A DNA stretch of 64,000 bases from a virus, in IMG/VR virus record IMGVR_UViG_3300023210_000021, positions 1 through 64,000 of that record. One strand, written 5' to 3'. Within the stretch, counting starts at the first letter, position 1; each line of letters starts with the position of its first letter. Made by a program: the position numbers and the translations under genes. The notes below the pieces were generated by a model. That model had not been told where the DNA came from and did not search any database. It saw nothing but the letters and a program-made list of their open reading frames with translations. This document shows positions 48,335-58,431 of this stretch, one piece after another.

Positions 48335-48342
48335 TATAAATA
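48335..48342 (-). promoter_or_regulatory. TATTTATA putative late promoter heading the baseplate operon
   Basis: Just downstream of the nrdB terminator and 4 nt before the ATG at 48330. Confidence 0.7.
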
Positions 48343-48379
48343 TTGTAATATAAATTTTCGTTAAGAAAAGTGTGGACAT

Positions 48380-48408
48380 AAAAAAAGTCGTTACATGTAA
48401 CGACTTTT
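48380..48408 (-). terminator. Terminator after nrdB; perfect 26-bp palindrome
   Basis: AAAAGTCGTTACATGTAACGACTTTT (48383-48408) plus an extra A-run. Confidence 0.8.
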
Positions 48409-48429
48409 ATCTTATATTATATATTTTCT

Positions 48430-49509
48430 TTAAAATTCAAAACCATCAAAGGTACTATCACCTAAATCTGACTTAACAGATCCAATATTATATGAATCAA
48501 TTTCTGTTTCTTGTGGTGCGTTTTGCGTACCATCTGATGATGTCCAAGCATTAATCCAGTTTATTGGGTTTTTTATTTTTTCGAAAATGGGTTCTAACCT
48601 AACAGCCTTCATTCTTTTGTTGGTAAGATACTTCATATACCTTTTAAGAATTTCTGCGTTTAAACCTAACATTGAACCATCTTTAAAAAGATAATCTGCC
48701 CACAACATTTCTTCTTCTGCGGCATCTTTAAACATCTGGATTACAGTAGGTTTACATTCCTCAACAACCTCTAAAAACCCCTCATCCTCTCTTTTTGCAA
48801 GGTCATTTAATAATTTTTGGGTGAAACCTAAGTGTAGATTTTCATCTTTATTAATCAATGAAATGATTTTAGAGTTACCCTCCATTTTACCATTCTGAGC
48901 AAAGGCGTATGAACAAGCAAATGAAACATAAAAACGTATACCCTCTAATATATTTATTGACATTAGTGTTAGATAAAGTTTTTTCTTTCTTTCTTTAACA
49001 CTTTCACCCAACGAATTCATCATATCGTCATAATACTTAGTAACCGACACAGTTCTTTTGACAATCTGTTCGTCATTAAGAATATTATCAAACACATCAC
49101 CAGGGGATGAATAAACATTTTTAATGATAAATGTATATGAGTATGAGTGAATAGTCTCAAACATAGCCCAAGCCGAACAAAACGCCTCTACCTCTGGGTT
49201 TGACAAGTCTTCTGTTAGATGGGGAATACCTCTACTCTGAACACTATCTAGTAATATTTGATATTTTAAGTTAGACGTGAATATGAATTTTTCATTATCT
49301 GTCATTTCCTTATAATCCAACCTATCTTTAGATAAATCAATTTCCTCGGGTAACCAAAAAGAATTTAATTGTTTTTTAAATAATTCAAAATACCCAACAT
49401 ACCTAAATTTATCATATCTCTCTAAATTCAATGGTTTACCAAAAAATACTGGTTCTTTTGTAAAATCCACATTAGGATCTAAATTTACTAAACTTCTTCT
49501 TTCACTCAT
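48430..49509 (-). CDS. nrdB: Ribonucleotide reductase class Ia beta subunit
   Basis: FWLPEEIDL, QILLDSVQ, ETIHSYSY (radical Tyr), LEGIRFYVSF, DENLH. Confidence 0.95.
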   Translation of the reverse strand: MSERRSLVNLDPNVDFTKEPVFFGKPLNLERYDKFRYVGYFELFKKQLNSFWLPEEIDLSKDRLDYKEMTDNEKFIFTSNLKYQILLDSVQSRGIPHLTEDLSNPEVEAFCSAWAMFETIHSYSYTFIIKNVYSSPGDVFDNILNDEQIVKRTVSVTKYYDDMMNSLGESVKERKKKLYLTLMSINILEGIRFYVSFACSYAFAQNGKMEGNSKIISLINKDENLHLGFTQKLLNDLAKREDEGFLEVVEECKPTVIQMFKDAAEEEMLWADYLFKDGSMLGLNAEILKRYMKYLTNKRMKAVRLEPIFEKIKNPINWINAWTSSDGTQNAPQETEIDSYNIGSVKSDLGDSTFDGFEF

Positions 49510-49533
49510 ATTATTTTTTATTTTATTTTAGAC

Positions 49534-49560
49534 AAAAAAGGGTAGTATCACTACCACCCT
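49534..49560 (-). terminator. Terminator-like hairpin between nrdA and nrdB
   Basis: Minus strand AGGGTGGTA-GTGA-TACTACCCT-TTTTT. Confidence 0.65.
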
Positions 49561-49588
49561 ATAAAATTAATCATTTTTTTTAATATTG

Positions 49589-51898
49589 TCAAATTGCACA
49601 CGCACCAGATTCACAATCATCCATATCCATCAACAAAACTTCCTCACTAGCATTTTGTGTGTTTGTTATCATTTCATCTAATTTATCTGATTTATAGTCT
49701 TTTGAGTTAGAATAGTAGATTTGTTTACCACCAAATTTATAGAAATTTAATATATCCTTTGCCACTTCAGATATTGGTAAGTCATTACCTTCATATTTTC
49801 TTGGGTCGTAATAATGATTTACTGATATACCTTGATCAAAATACTTCTGTATTATAGAAACAATATTATTCATTGCGGTATTATCAAAACCCCAAGCAAA
49901 TTGATATTTGTTTTTATATTTTGCGACTTCAGGTACAACAACTGGTAATGGCGCACCGCTCTTAGATTTTTTAACCACAATAAGTTTTCTAGGTGCTTCA
50001 ATACCATTTGTAGATGAGGATACTACCGATGAACTTTCACAAGGCATCTGAGCAGTAACCGTAGAATTCCTTAATCCATACTCTAAGATATCCTTTCTTA
50101 ATGTTTGCCAATCCATTGTTAACTCTCTATCAACAATTTTGTCTACATTTTTATTATAATGGTCAATTGGTAATAACCCTTTAGAGTATTTTGTTCTATT
50201 AAAGTATTCACAAGCACCTTCTTCTTTCGCTAACTGATTTGATGCTTTTAATAAATAGTATTGGATATTCTCAAATAACTCGTCTATCCTTCCTAATGAT
50301 GTGGAATCATCATAAGATAAACCATTCTTAACCAACCAATAAGCAAAGTTTGTTACACCAACACCAATTGATCTTCTCTTTAACATTTTTCTTGCCGCCT
50401 CAATAGGGTAGTCTTGATAACTTATTACACTATCTAAACTTCTAACAATGTATTCACACACAATTTCTAACTCATCTAAATTTTTAATCGACCCTAAGTT
50501 AATTGCTGCTAATACACAAAGTGCAATTTCTGCGTCTGTATCGTCTCCATCATCAATGTGTTGTATTGGTGTGGTCGGTAGATTTATTTCTGTACAAAGA
50601 TTAGACATTCTAATCATATCTAAGAAAGCAGAATGATCATTAGCGTTATCTATATTCATAATATAAATTCTACCAGTCTCAATTCTTTCTTGTATTAGTT
50701 TGTCTAATAAATTCCTAGCACTTACTTCTCTTCTTGGTATGGTGACATCTTTTTCATATTTTTCATATAAAGGATCAAACTTTTCATTATCACCAAAAAC
50801 CTCATATAATCCAGGAACATCAGATGGGGAGAAAAGAGAAATATTTTTATCTTCCACAAAACGTTTGTAAAAAAGTCTACTAAACTGAATCGCGTGATCC
50901 ATTCTTCTAACCCTATTTAATTCGTTACCCCTATTATTTTTTAATACAACAATATCTTCCGCCTCTAAATGCCAGAATGGGTAATAAGCTGTTGCCGCAC
51001 CACCCCTAATTCCTCCTTGTGAACAAGATTTAACAGTACCCTCAAACATCTTTAAGAATGGGATTATTCCTGTGTGAACAGCTTCTCCATTTCTTATTTT
51101 AGAGCCAATACCTCTTAATCGAAAATTCAAACCAATTCCAGCTCTTTTAGAAATATATTTACCTACCGCAGTATTAGAGTGAAAGATAGAATCTAAATTA
51201 TCGTCAACGTCAATTAACACACACGATGAGTATTGTCTTGTTGGGGTTCTTACCCCAGCAACTATTGGTGTTGGTAGTGATATCTTGTGAGTCGATATTA
51301 AGTCGTAGAATGTTTTTACCATTTTTAACCTTTCTGACCCCTCTTTATTCGCAAATAAAGTCATAGAAATTAACATATACATAAATTGTGGTGTTTCGTA
51401 AACCACATCTGTTTTTCTATCTTTAATCAGATATTTGTCAACTAATTGTTGTAGACCAGAATATGTTAACTCTTCATCCCTTTCATGTTTAATGTAAGAC
51501 TCTATTTTATCATAATCATAGTCTGTATAGTGATTAAGAATATCCTCATCATACACACCCCTATCTACATTTAACTTAACAAAATTCTTTAATCTAGGAA
51601 AGTTGTTATATGTATTGAATACTTCTTTTCTTAAAAGATAATTTAATAATTTACTAGCTACAAATTGATAGTTTGGTGTTTCCTCGGTAATCATATCCGC
51701 TGCTGATTGTATCAAAACTTTATGGATCTGAGTTGTGGTAATACCATCAAATAGTTGTAAGTGAGCGTTCATACCAACGTCAGAATAATTTACACTATTA
51801 ATACCATTAACTGCCCATTCAAGTACTTTGTTTATTTTATCGTAGTTTAAGTCTTCATGACCACCTTTTCTTTTTATTACATTGATTTTTGACATCAT
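49589..51898 (-). CDS. nrdA: Ribonucleotide reductase class Ia alpha subunit with ATP cone
   Basis: VIKR ATP cone, SSCVLI, QGGIRGGA, SNLCTEI, MPCESSS..NGIE, YY, C-terminal CESGAC. Confidence 0.95.
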   Translation of the reverse strand: MMSKINVIKRKGGHEDLNYDKINKVLEWAVNGINSVNYSDVGMNAHLQLFDGITTTQIHKVLIQSAADMITEETPNYQFVASKLLNYLLRKEVFNTYNNFPRLKNFVKLNVDRGVYDEDILNHYTDYDYDKIESYIKHERDEELTYSGLQQLVDKYLIKDRKTDVVYETPQFMYMLISMTLFANKEGSERLKMVKTFYDLISTHKISLPTPIVAGVRTPTRQYSSCVLIDVDDNLDSIFHSNTAVGKYISKRAGIGLNFRLRGIGSKIRNGEAVHTGIIPFLKMFEGTVKSCSQGGIRGGAATAYYPFWHLEAEDIVVLKNNRGNELNRVRRMDHAIQFSRLFYKRFVEDKNISLFSPSDVPGLYEVFGDNEKFDPLYEKYEKDVTIPRREVSARNLLDKLIQERIETGRIYIMNIDNANDHSAFLDMIRMSNLCTEINLPTTPIQHIDDGDDTDAEIALCVLAAINLGSIKNLDELEIVCEYIVRSLDSVISYQDYPIEAARKMLKRRSIGVGVTNFAYWLVKNGLSYDDSTSLGRIDELFENIQYYLLKASNQLAKEEGACEYFNRTKYSKGLLPIDHYNKNVDKIVDRELTMDWQTLRKDILEYGLRNSTVTAQMPCESSSVVSSSTNGIEAPRKLIVVKKSKSGAPLPVVVPEVAKYKNKYQFAWGFDNTAMNNIVSIIQKYFDQGISVNHYYDPRKYEGNDLPISEVAKDILNFYKFGGKQIYYSNSKDYKSDKLDEMITNTQNASEEVLLMDMDDCESGACAI

Positions 51899-51977
51899 TT
51901 TAATTTTAATTTTTACTAAAAATTAGGGGTGCTTATTTCATTACCATTGACTGATTTAACACTTACCCCTAAATTAT

Positions 51978-53381
51978 TTACCCCTGTTTGTTTTTCTTAG
52001 CCATTCTAGCGTCTCTTTTATTCAACGCATCAACCACTAAATTTGATCTTTTTTGATCCTCACCTTTTTCAAATTGTAAAAATGAAACATCACTAGTATC
52101 TTCAGTATCAATAACTAATGTACCATTATCAAAAACAATATCTTCGAATATAATACCATCTTTACCAAACCTAGATTTAAGTATCGCCATAGTTGCTCTA
52201 CCTTCCTCTTTTTGTTCTAGTGTTTTTGCGACAGACATAATAAAGTGACCAATTTGTCCTTTCTTAATAGAACCACCAATCATATCAGCTTCAACTACAT
52301 TAGCACCTATCGAACTTCTATTACCCTGTATAGCTGTCCAACCAGCAATATCTAATTCAGAAATCATAGTTTCAAATTGTCTCATAATTGGACCTTCTCC
52401 AGAATATTCATCCCTATATTGTTTTGTACTCTCCACACAATCAATGTAATCTAAGAATAAGATATCGGGTTTATTACCCAATGACGTTAGTTTTCTTAAA
52501 TATTGTTTAATATGTGGGATGGTTGTTCCATCACTAGGCATCTTCTTTAATATAAGACTACCCTTTTGTCTGTCCTGAAATTTAGCAATTGCGGTTCTTA
52601 CCTCATCTTTTCTTTCAGTCAACTCATTCAATGAAATCTCTGACCAACAAGTATAATGTTTTCTCTGAATAACCTTTGGGTTATCTTCAAAGAATATTTG
52701 TACCACATTATAACCTAAGTTATATGCTGTATTCGCCATTCTAGTAACTAATGTAGTTTTACCCACACCGAATGGTGCTAGAATCACACCTAGTTCTCCT
52801 TTTGATAATCCTCCATCCATTAAGTTATCTAACCCCACTAACCCTGTTGGTATAGGTTTTCTGAAATCATCAGACAACACATCCTCAACTGCGTGAAATA
52901 CATCGATACCACTATCGGCTTCTGTACCAACAGAAAGAGCATCTTTCATAATTTCTTCACATTCATCATAACGATCGAAGTCACCTGACTCCATAATTTT
53001 CTGAATTTTCTGTGTAGCCTTTTTCAACTCTTGTTGTTTGCAAAATTGTATCGCTGTATCTTGAATGTGGAAACAATCTTTATTATCAGTGTTTTGAATC
53101 TCCTCAATCATAGCCATTGCAGATTCTCTTGCAATTTCTCGCTTGATATCTTTATTAACTAATTGTTTGATTGTATCATATATCGGAATTGTCTCATACT
53201 TTTCGTGATAGTCTTTAACACTCGCAATCAATAACCTTAAATATTCATTATCAAAATATTGTGGGTCAAGAATATCAATTATACCCTCTGAAAACTTAAC
53301 GTCTTCCACTACCTGTTTAGCTAACTTTACCTGAAAACCATACCCTAAAAAACCTAAGTTTTTACTTTCTTTTTTCGCCAT
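51978..53381 (-). CDS. Replicative DnaB/gp41-like helicase
   Basis: IPTGL..LD..GG, APFGVGKTT, LDYID, TAIQGNR, ILKSRFG. Confidence 0.92.
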   Translation of the reverse strand: MAKKESKNLGFLGYGFQVKLAKQVVEDVKFSEGIIDILDPQYFDNEYLRLLIASVKDYHEKYETIPIYDTIKQLVNKDIKREIARESAMAMIEEIQNTDNKDCFHIQDTAIQFCKQQELKKATQKIQKIMESGDFDRYDECEEIMKDALSVGTEADSGIDVFHAVEDVLSDDFRKPIPTGLVGLDNLMDGGLSKGELGVILAPFGVGKTTLVTRMANTAYNLGYNVVQIFFEDNPKVIQRKHYTCWSEISLNELTERKDEVRTAIAKFQDRQKGSLILKKMPSDGTTIPHIKQYLRKLTSLGNKPDILFLDYIDCVESTKQYRDEYSGEGPIMRQFETMISELDIAGWTAIQGNRSSIGANVVEADMIGGSIKKGQIGHFIMSVAKTLEQKEEGRATMAILKSRFGKDGIIFEDIVFDNGTLVIDTEDTSDVSFLQFEKGEDQKRSNLVVDALNKRDARMAKKNKQG

Positions 53382-53415
53382 ATCTTTTGAAATGTTTGTT
53401 ATAAATAAATATCAA

Positions 53416-53880
53416 TTAAAGTGCGATTCCTCCATATTCTTTTGATAAATTTTCCTCACTTAACGTTTCTTGTATTGTAGATATGATAGAGGGTATAAGT
53501 TTTCTAATATCCACATCATATCTCACTTTTGGTGGGTACCAATTTCCACTAAACATTTTAGTTGCCACAGTTCTACCAAACGCACGTATCTCAAATGTGA
53601 AGATGTCTTCATTATCAAAAACATTTCTTCTGTCGATATCATCCTCATTTTGTTTCTCATATGAGTTATAATATTTATACGAGTAATCCTCAGATTTTGC
53701 TTTGAATTGTTTTTCAATTACACTAACACAATCGTCTATACATTCCTTCATCTCCATTGATCTAAGGGATTGTGAATTATAACCCTTAATACCAAAATTT
53801 CTACCCACAATCGGTCTTTCGTTACCATTAATTCTTAAATAGAATTCAAATGGTAAATTATCATACTTTCTTTTATTCAT
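53416..53880 (-). CDS. Hypothetical protein in the replication operon
   Basis: 154-aa ORF. Confidence 0.75.
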   Translation of the reverse strand: MNKRKYDNLPFEFYLRINGNERPIVGRNFGIKGYNSQSLRSMEMKECIDDCVSVIEKQFKAKSEDYSYKYYNSYEKQNEDDIDRRNVFDNEDIFTFEIRAFGRTVATKMFSGNWYPPKVRYDVDIRKLIPSIISTIQETLSEENLSKEYGGIAL

Positions 53881-53884
53881 TTTT

Positions 53885-54922
53885 TTAATTTACTTGTTTA
53901 AAATACTTTTTTTCTTTTTTTATAATACTTAAAAATGGTCGTAGATACTCTATATACCCATCTCTACCACCAGGAATCGCCATAACAAACCCATCTTCAA
54001 TCATCATACTTAAAACATTCTTTGTATTCCTATCTTCTGGGTCTATCGGTGATTCAATTATGTTATCAACATTGTCTTTACAGTTTTCAGTCATTATTGG
54101 GTCAGTGAGATTAATTATCCTCTCATTTATCTCATATAACCTTTCACCCTGTACTCCAGTGGTAACACCGTTTAAAATATTGTCTAACGTTTTTAACCTC
54201 GTTTTCCTATCGTTTTGTATACCATTAATTTTAATGAAAATTTCACCCAATGTCAATTTTTTTTCACTTAACTCAGGGAAATATTTTAATAGGGTTTTTT
54301 CTTTAACACCTTTCACCCCTTTAATATTATCACTACTATCACCAGTAATTATTTTTATTAAAGCAGAGTTACTTTGGTGGTGATCGAAATATTCACCATA
54401 ATTATATTTTGATACGATTGTTCTCTTATTTAAAATATATATCGCAACCCTATCATCGATAAGTTGACACATATCTCTATCATTGGTTAGGATTACTACT
54501 TTTTCATCGTCTTTGATTTGAGAGCAGTAATACCCAATACAATCATCAGCCTCACAAACCTCATCCTCATATTGTCGTATGAATAGTTCTTCTGCGTAAG
54601 CCTTAACTCTTTCTTTTTGTAAAAATAATGATAAATCCTTTGGTTCGGTTACATTATAGAAATCTTTATCTCTATTAGACTTATATTCGTTGTAAATTTC
54701 ATGTCGTAACCTACCACTGAATGGTCCATCCCAAAAGATGAACACCTTATCAAACCTATTTGTTGTAATAACTTTTCTTAGAAGAGAAAAAAACTGGAAG
54801 AGACCCCCAATGTGGGTGTCTTTATAATAGAGATTCGAAGCTCCATGATACGCTGTTTTAATTAATGCATCACCATCTACTAATAGTGTATGATTAAATT
54901 TCTTTTTTGAGGGTCTTTCCAA
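53885..54922 (-). CDS. 5'-3' exonuclease / T4 RNase H-like flap endonuclease
   Basis: LLVDGD, FWDG, YKSNR, EADDCI, TNDRD, GDSSDNIKGVKG. TTG start. Confidence 0.92.
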   Translation of the reverse strand: MERPSKKKFNHTLLVDGDALIKTAYHGASNLYYKDTHIGGLFQFFSLLRKVITTNRFDKVFIFWDGPFSGRLRHEIYNEYKSNRDKDFYNVTEPKDLSLFLQKERVKAYAEELFIRQYEDEVCEADDCIGYYCSQIKDDEKVVILTNDRDMCQLIDDRVAIYILNKRTIVSKYNYGEYFDHHQSNSALIKIITGDSSDNIKGVKGVKEKTLLKYFPELSEKKLTLGEIFIKINGIQNDRKTRLKTLDNILNGVTTGVQGERLYEINERIINLTDPIMTENCKDNVDNIIESPIDPEDRNTKNVLSMMIEDGFVMAIPGGRDGYIEYLRPFLSIIKKEKKYFKQVN

Positions 54923-54955
54923 TTTTCATAATTAACGGATTAAACAATATATTAA

Positions 54956-55987
54956 TTAATCGTCAGAAGTACTGATTTCAGCCTCTAACACATCTTCTTC
55001 ATCTAACGTAAAATCTACTGAAGTACCTGCCTTTTCAAATACTTCTGACCAATAATCTTTATGTTCAGTTTTGTATTTTTCAATAGACTCTTTACTATCT
55101 TCGATGAATCCATGTGTGGTTGCTAATAACCTACAATCAGCATACCCTAAACCATTCATATGATTTTTATGTATACCTACCTTTGTACGAATAGCAAAAT
55201 TAACTTTCCTTCCTGAGGCACCTGCATTCAATTTAGATACACCAGCACTTTTCTGATTTCCAAATAGGAATACTAAAGCGCAAGATAAGTATATTGATTG
55301 ACCACCTTTCGGCTGTATCTTTGGTTTTTGACCGAAACCATCTGGTGTCTCTACCCAAGGTTGGTTGACGAAAATCATCGTATTAGTATATGGTGATTTT
55401 TCTTTCCTAGATGCGGTAATTCTTTGTGCCAGACCCATACCCCATTTTTCAGAGATTGCTCTCGCAGTATGTTGATTACCACCTTTACCTTCGAAACTCA
55501 TTAGACAAGGTATTGTACCAACTGAATCCCATAAGAATAGAATATCATGTGGAATTTCACCTTTCTTCTGAGCATCAAGTACATCAGTTACGTATTGGAA
55601 TGCTTCTTCTATGTAATCAAAACCTAATTTGTAGAGTAAGTGACCACCCCAATAGGCTTCGTCACCATCTTCTACATATTCTGTCTCTAAACCCATAAGT
55701 TTAGCATGTTCAAAACTCCATTTCTGTTCAGTAATAATGAATACAGGTAACACACCTTTCTTCTGAGCATCTATTGCTGCTTGAATTAATGCGGTAGTCT
55801 TACCAGTATCAGAATGACCTAAAAACATATTAACCTGACCCATAGCTGGTCCAGGAACTCCTGTCGCTTTATGAAATGGTTCTCCACAATCAAAATACTT
55901 TTGATCTTTGTATTTATCACTTGTGGAGAACTTTTTTCTTATAGAGGAAAAGTCTGTTTTTTTCTTTTTAATAGGTGTCTTTGACAT
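54956..55987 (-). CDS. RecA/UvsX-like recombinase
   Basis: GHSDTGKTT Walker A, catalytic TE, LWDSVG, VNQ, GG.S and KNH. Confidence 0.88.
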   Translation of the reverse strand: MSKTPIKKKKTDFSSIRKKFSTSDKYKDQKYFDCGEPFHKATGVPGPAMGQVNMFLGHSDTGKTTALIQAAIDAQKKGVLPVFIITEQKWSFEHAKLMGLETEYVEDGDEAYWGGHLLYKLGFDYIEEAFQYVTDVLDAQKKGEIPHDILFLWDSVGTIPCLMSFEGKGGNQHTARAISEKWGMGLAQRITASRKEKSPYTNTMIFVNQPWVETPDGFGQKPKIQPKGGQSIYLSCALVFLFGNQKSAGVSKLNAGASGRKVNFAIRTKVGIHKNHMNGLGYADCRLLATTHGFIEDSKESIEKYKTEHKDYWSEVFEKAGTSVDFTLDEEDVLEAEISTSDD

Positions 55988-55997
55988 AATACTTTAA

Positions 55998-56918
55998 TTA
56001 AAACGGTAACTCGTCATCGTCATCATCATTTCCACCAGCGGTTTCTAACGATGTAACTTCAACTTCCTTTTCTAACTCTTTTGAGTCGGTTTCACCCATA
56101 GATCCCATCATATTGATTTCTTCTTCCAATGAAGCCGTTTCTTTCTCATCTTTATCTTCCTCAGCAACGTATTTCTTTTGTTCAGAATCCCAAACTGGTG
56201 TCTTTTGTTCTGCAACAATAGTAACAAATTCAGGGGATTTTACAGCGTATACATCTCTCCAAGTTTCGGAATTACCTATCCACTCTTTTGCCTCTGCCGA
56301 TTTAGGGTCAGTTATTACTGCCTCATCTTCTGGCATAATAGATGTTACTACCGACCAACCTTTTTCATTACGAACAGTACTGATAGTAATATCTCTACCC
56401 GTTCTTGGATCCATAATGTTTCCTTTTCTTTTTAGAATTGGAATTAGTTTGTCCATTACACCATCACCTGTGTATTTATGTTTGAATCTCCAAAATTTAA
56501 CACCATGATCGGCGTTATCTCTATCAATCCCTTTAACAACATAAAATTTTCTTGCGGTATATGTTGACCCTAATAGTTTTGCTTTCTTACTACCATCTTC
56601 ATATAAAGCGTCTTTTGCTTCACAAATTTTACAATCTCCACCATCGTTTAACTTTGCACAATGGATTTTTTCGAATTTACTATTCACACTCAATTCGTGG
56701 TAATAAGCCTCTACGAATGGAGATTTTGTAGGGTCGCTAGATGGTAATATTCTAAATGTTTTTTCAGCGGATTTCTCACCCTTTTTCAACTTTTCTGTGA
56801 AGTATTTTTTTAGTCTTTCTTCATTAGACATCTTTGGTTTGTTGCCACCCCTATTTTCAGTATTTTTTTCATACTGATTAAGAATCGCATCTAATGGATT
56901 TATTGTTTCTTTTCCCAT
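55998..56918 (-). CDS. Single-stranded DNA-binding protein (gp32-like)
   Basis: FRILP, C..CKICE, DPRTGRDI, acidic tail ending DDDDELPF. Confidence 0.85.
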   Translation of the reverse strand: MGKETINPLDAILNQYEKNTENRGGNKPKMSNEERLKKYFTEKLKKGEKSAEKTFRILPSSDPTKSPFVEAYYHELSVNSKFEKIHCAKLNDGGDCKICEAKDALYEDGSKKAKLLGSTYTARKFYVVKGIDRDNADHGVKFWRFKHKYTGDGVMDKLIPILKRKGNIMDPRTGRDITISTVRNEKGWSVVTSIMPEDEAVITDPKSAEAKEWIGNSETWRDVYAVKSPEFVTIVAEQKTPVWDSEQKKYVAEEDKDEKETASLEEEINMMGSMGETDSKELEKEVEVTSLETAGGNDDDDDELPF

Positions 56919-56962
56919 TTTAAATGATTTTTTTAATTGTTAATAAATTTGTTTAATATACT

Positions 56963-56993
56963 CAAATATAATCAGTTTTTCTTTAAAAGTCAA
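56963..56993 (-). promoter_or_regulatory. sigmaA-type promoter of the replication operon (TTG...TATATTTG)
   Basis: TATATTTG at 56970-56963 and TTG near 56993, downstream of a terminator. Confidence 0.7.
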
Positions 56994-57014
56994 CAAAGAT
57001 ATCGACTATAAAAT

Positions 57015-57052
57015 AAAAAACGGACAATGATTAATTATAATCAATGTCCGTT
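57015..57052 (-). terminator. Intrinsic terminator
   Basis: AACGGACA-n-TGATTA...TAATCA-n-TGTCCGTT inverted repeat, followed by a U-run on the minus strand. Confidence 0.75.
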
Positions 57053-57100
57053 AAAGTATCAATACCCTTTCTAGGTTTTATGTATTTTTTTACGTATAAT

Positions 57101-57664
57101 CTACGATAATGCCTTTTCTATAATACCATAACTTCTCATAATAGATTGTTTATAAGTTGTTCTTCTTACATCCATATCACCCTGCACAATCTTTATTAGA
57201 CTTCCTTTTAAACCTGTTTTTTGTTGAACTAATTTTTCAACTTCTTTATAAAGTTTAGGGTTTTTAGCAATTGCAATAAAAAGTGCTTCTGCAATTTCTT
57301 CTTCATCATCCCTTAACAACTGTTCAATTTTATCATCTGATTTTGACATTTCAGATTCAAGCTCACTTGTTTGGTTTCTATATGGTACCGACCCAGGTTT
57401 ACTATCAGTATCACCAAAAGCTAACACTATTGGTATTACGAATGATGCTGCAACATCAATCCAAGATGCGTTACTACCCCTCAAACCTAACGCCTTTATC
57501 AATGCATCTGCAATATCTTCCGAATCTTCGAAATCTTCAAAATATTCATAATCTAATTCACCTAGAACTTCATCTTTAATTTTACTTAAACCTGTTTGTT
57601 CTTTAATTACTTTTCTAACAATTCTCGTTAAATCGTTTTCTGTTAACCTTACTATTCTTTTCAT
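57101..57664 (-). CDS. Leader-bearing (MKRIVRLTENDLTRIVRKVIKEQ) helical protein, weakly annexin-like
   Basis: Leader motif; IADALIKALG..DEEEIAEAL..QQKTG..SL pattern. Confidence 0.7.
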   Translation of the reverse strand: MKRIVRLTENDLTRIVRKVIKEQTGLSKIKDEVLGELDYEYFEDFEDSEDIADALIKALGLRGSNASWIDVAASFVIPIVLAFGDTDSKPGSVPYRNQTSELESEMSKSDDKIEQLLRDDEEEIAEALFIAIAKNPKLYKEVEKLVQQKTGLKGSLIKIVQGDMDVRRTTYKQSIMRSYGIIEKALS

Positions 57665-57672
57665 AATAATTA

Positions 57673-58419
57673 TTAGTCTTTTTTAGGTTTAAATGTATTT
57701 CTTATGTCTGTTTCGTTGTAATCATAATCAACCTCATCTTGTGTTAACGTATATTCTTTTTCTACTTCTTCACCACCTGTATCGTAACCTTCTCTATCTT
57801 CCCAGAAATCAGTTAACTTTACACTATACGGAAATGATTCCATTGATCTCATATTCAATTTTTCTACTGGTGTTGGGTTTCTTTGTATCACCTCTTTTTC
57901 TAATTCATCCATCTTAGAAATGATTTCATCCATACCACCTAAACGGCTTTCTAATTCAGAAAATTTTCCCAATAAATCATCAACCTTAGAAGATACTTGT
58001 GCGGTTTCTTCTTTTGCTTCTTCTGTTTTGGTTACTATGTCAGTGACATCTACCTCAACTTGTTCTTCACCACCCATGTCATCCATTACTGGTTCTTCAG
58101 CAAATTCATTTTCTACAGGAATTTCACCACCAAAAGGATCTTCACTCATTGCTGGATCTTCCATCGGTATCTCTTCTTCACCCGCCATTGGATCTTCCAT
58201 TGATGGTTCTTCAACAGGAATATCTTCTACCGGAATTTCGTCAGTAACTGGTTCTTCAACATCTGTTATTTCTTCCTCTTGTTCTTCAAGATTATCAAAT
58301 AACAAATTCTCTGTCTCACCTTCTGGTTCATCACCTTCTTCTGTAACATAAAAATTATATTCTAAAATTTGTTTATGTCTTTTAAGTTCTTCTTTTAATA
58401 ATTCTTTTTTCTTATCCAT
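57673..58419 (-). CDS. Acidic Pro/Glu-rich coiled-coil protein (scaffold/core-like)
   Basis: LLKEELKRHKQILEY N-terminus, low-complexity E/P/D linker, coiled coil. Confidence 0.7.
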   Translation of the reverse strand: MDKKKELLKEELKRHKQILEYNFYVTEEGDEPEGETENLLFDNLEEQEEEITDVEEPVTDEIPVEDIPVEEPSMEDPMAGEEEIPMEDPAMSEDPFGGEIPVENEFAEEPVMDDMGGEEQVEVDVTDIVTKTEEAKEETAQVSSKVDDLLGKFSELESRLGGMDEIISKMDELEKEVIQRNPTPVEKLNMRSMESFPYSVKLTDFWEDREGYDTGGEEVEKEYTLTQDEVDYDYNETDIRNTFKPKKD

Positions 58420-58431
58420 AATTTTATATTT

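Noticed and set aside
48383-48408. Perfect palindrome as an operator or origin
   Set aside because: Its position right after the nrdB stop, with a U-tract, is adequately explained by an intrinsic terminator.
1155-53407. T4-type late promoters (TATAAATA on the + strand) driving antisense RNA
   Set aside because: The motif orientation follows gene direction (it flips at 18063) and it sits just upstream of ATGs, so the sense-strand reading TATTTATA is the meaningful one.
48430-55987. Introns or inteins in nrdA, nrdB, helicase or RecA
   Set aside because: Lengths are normal and the motifs are contiguous.
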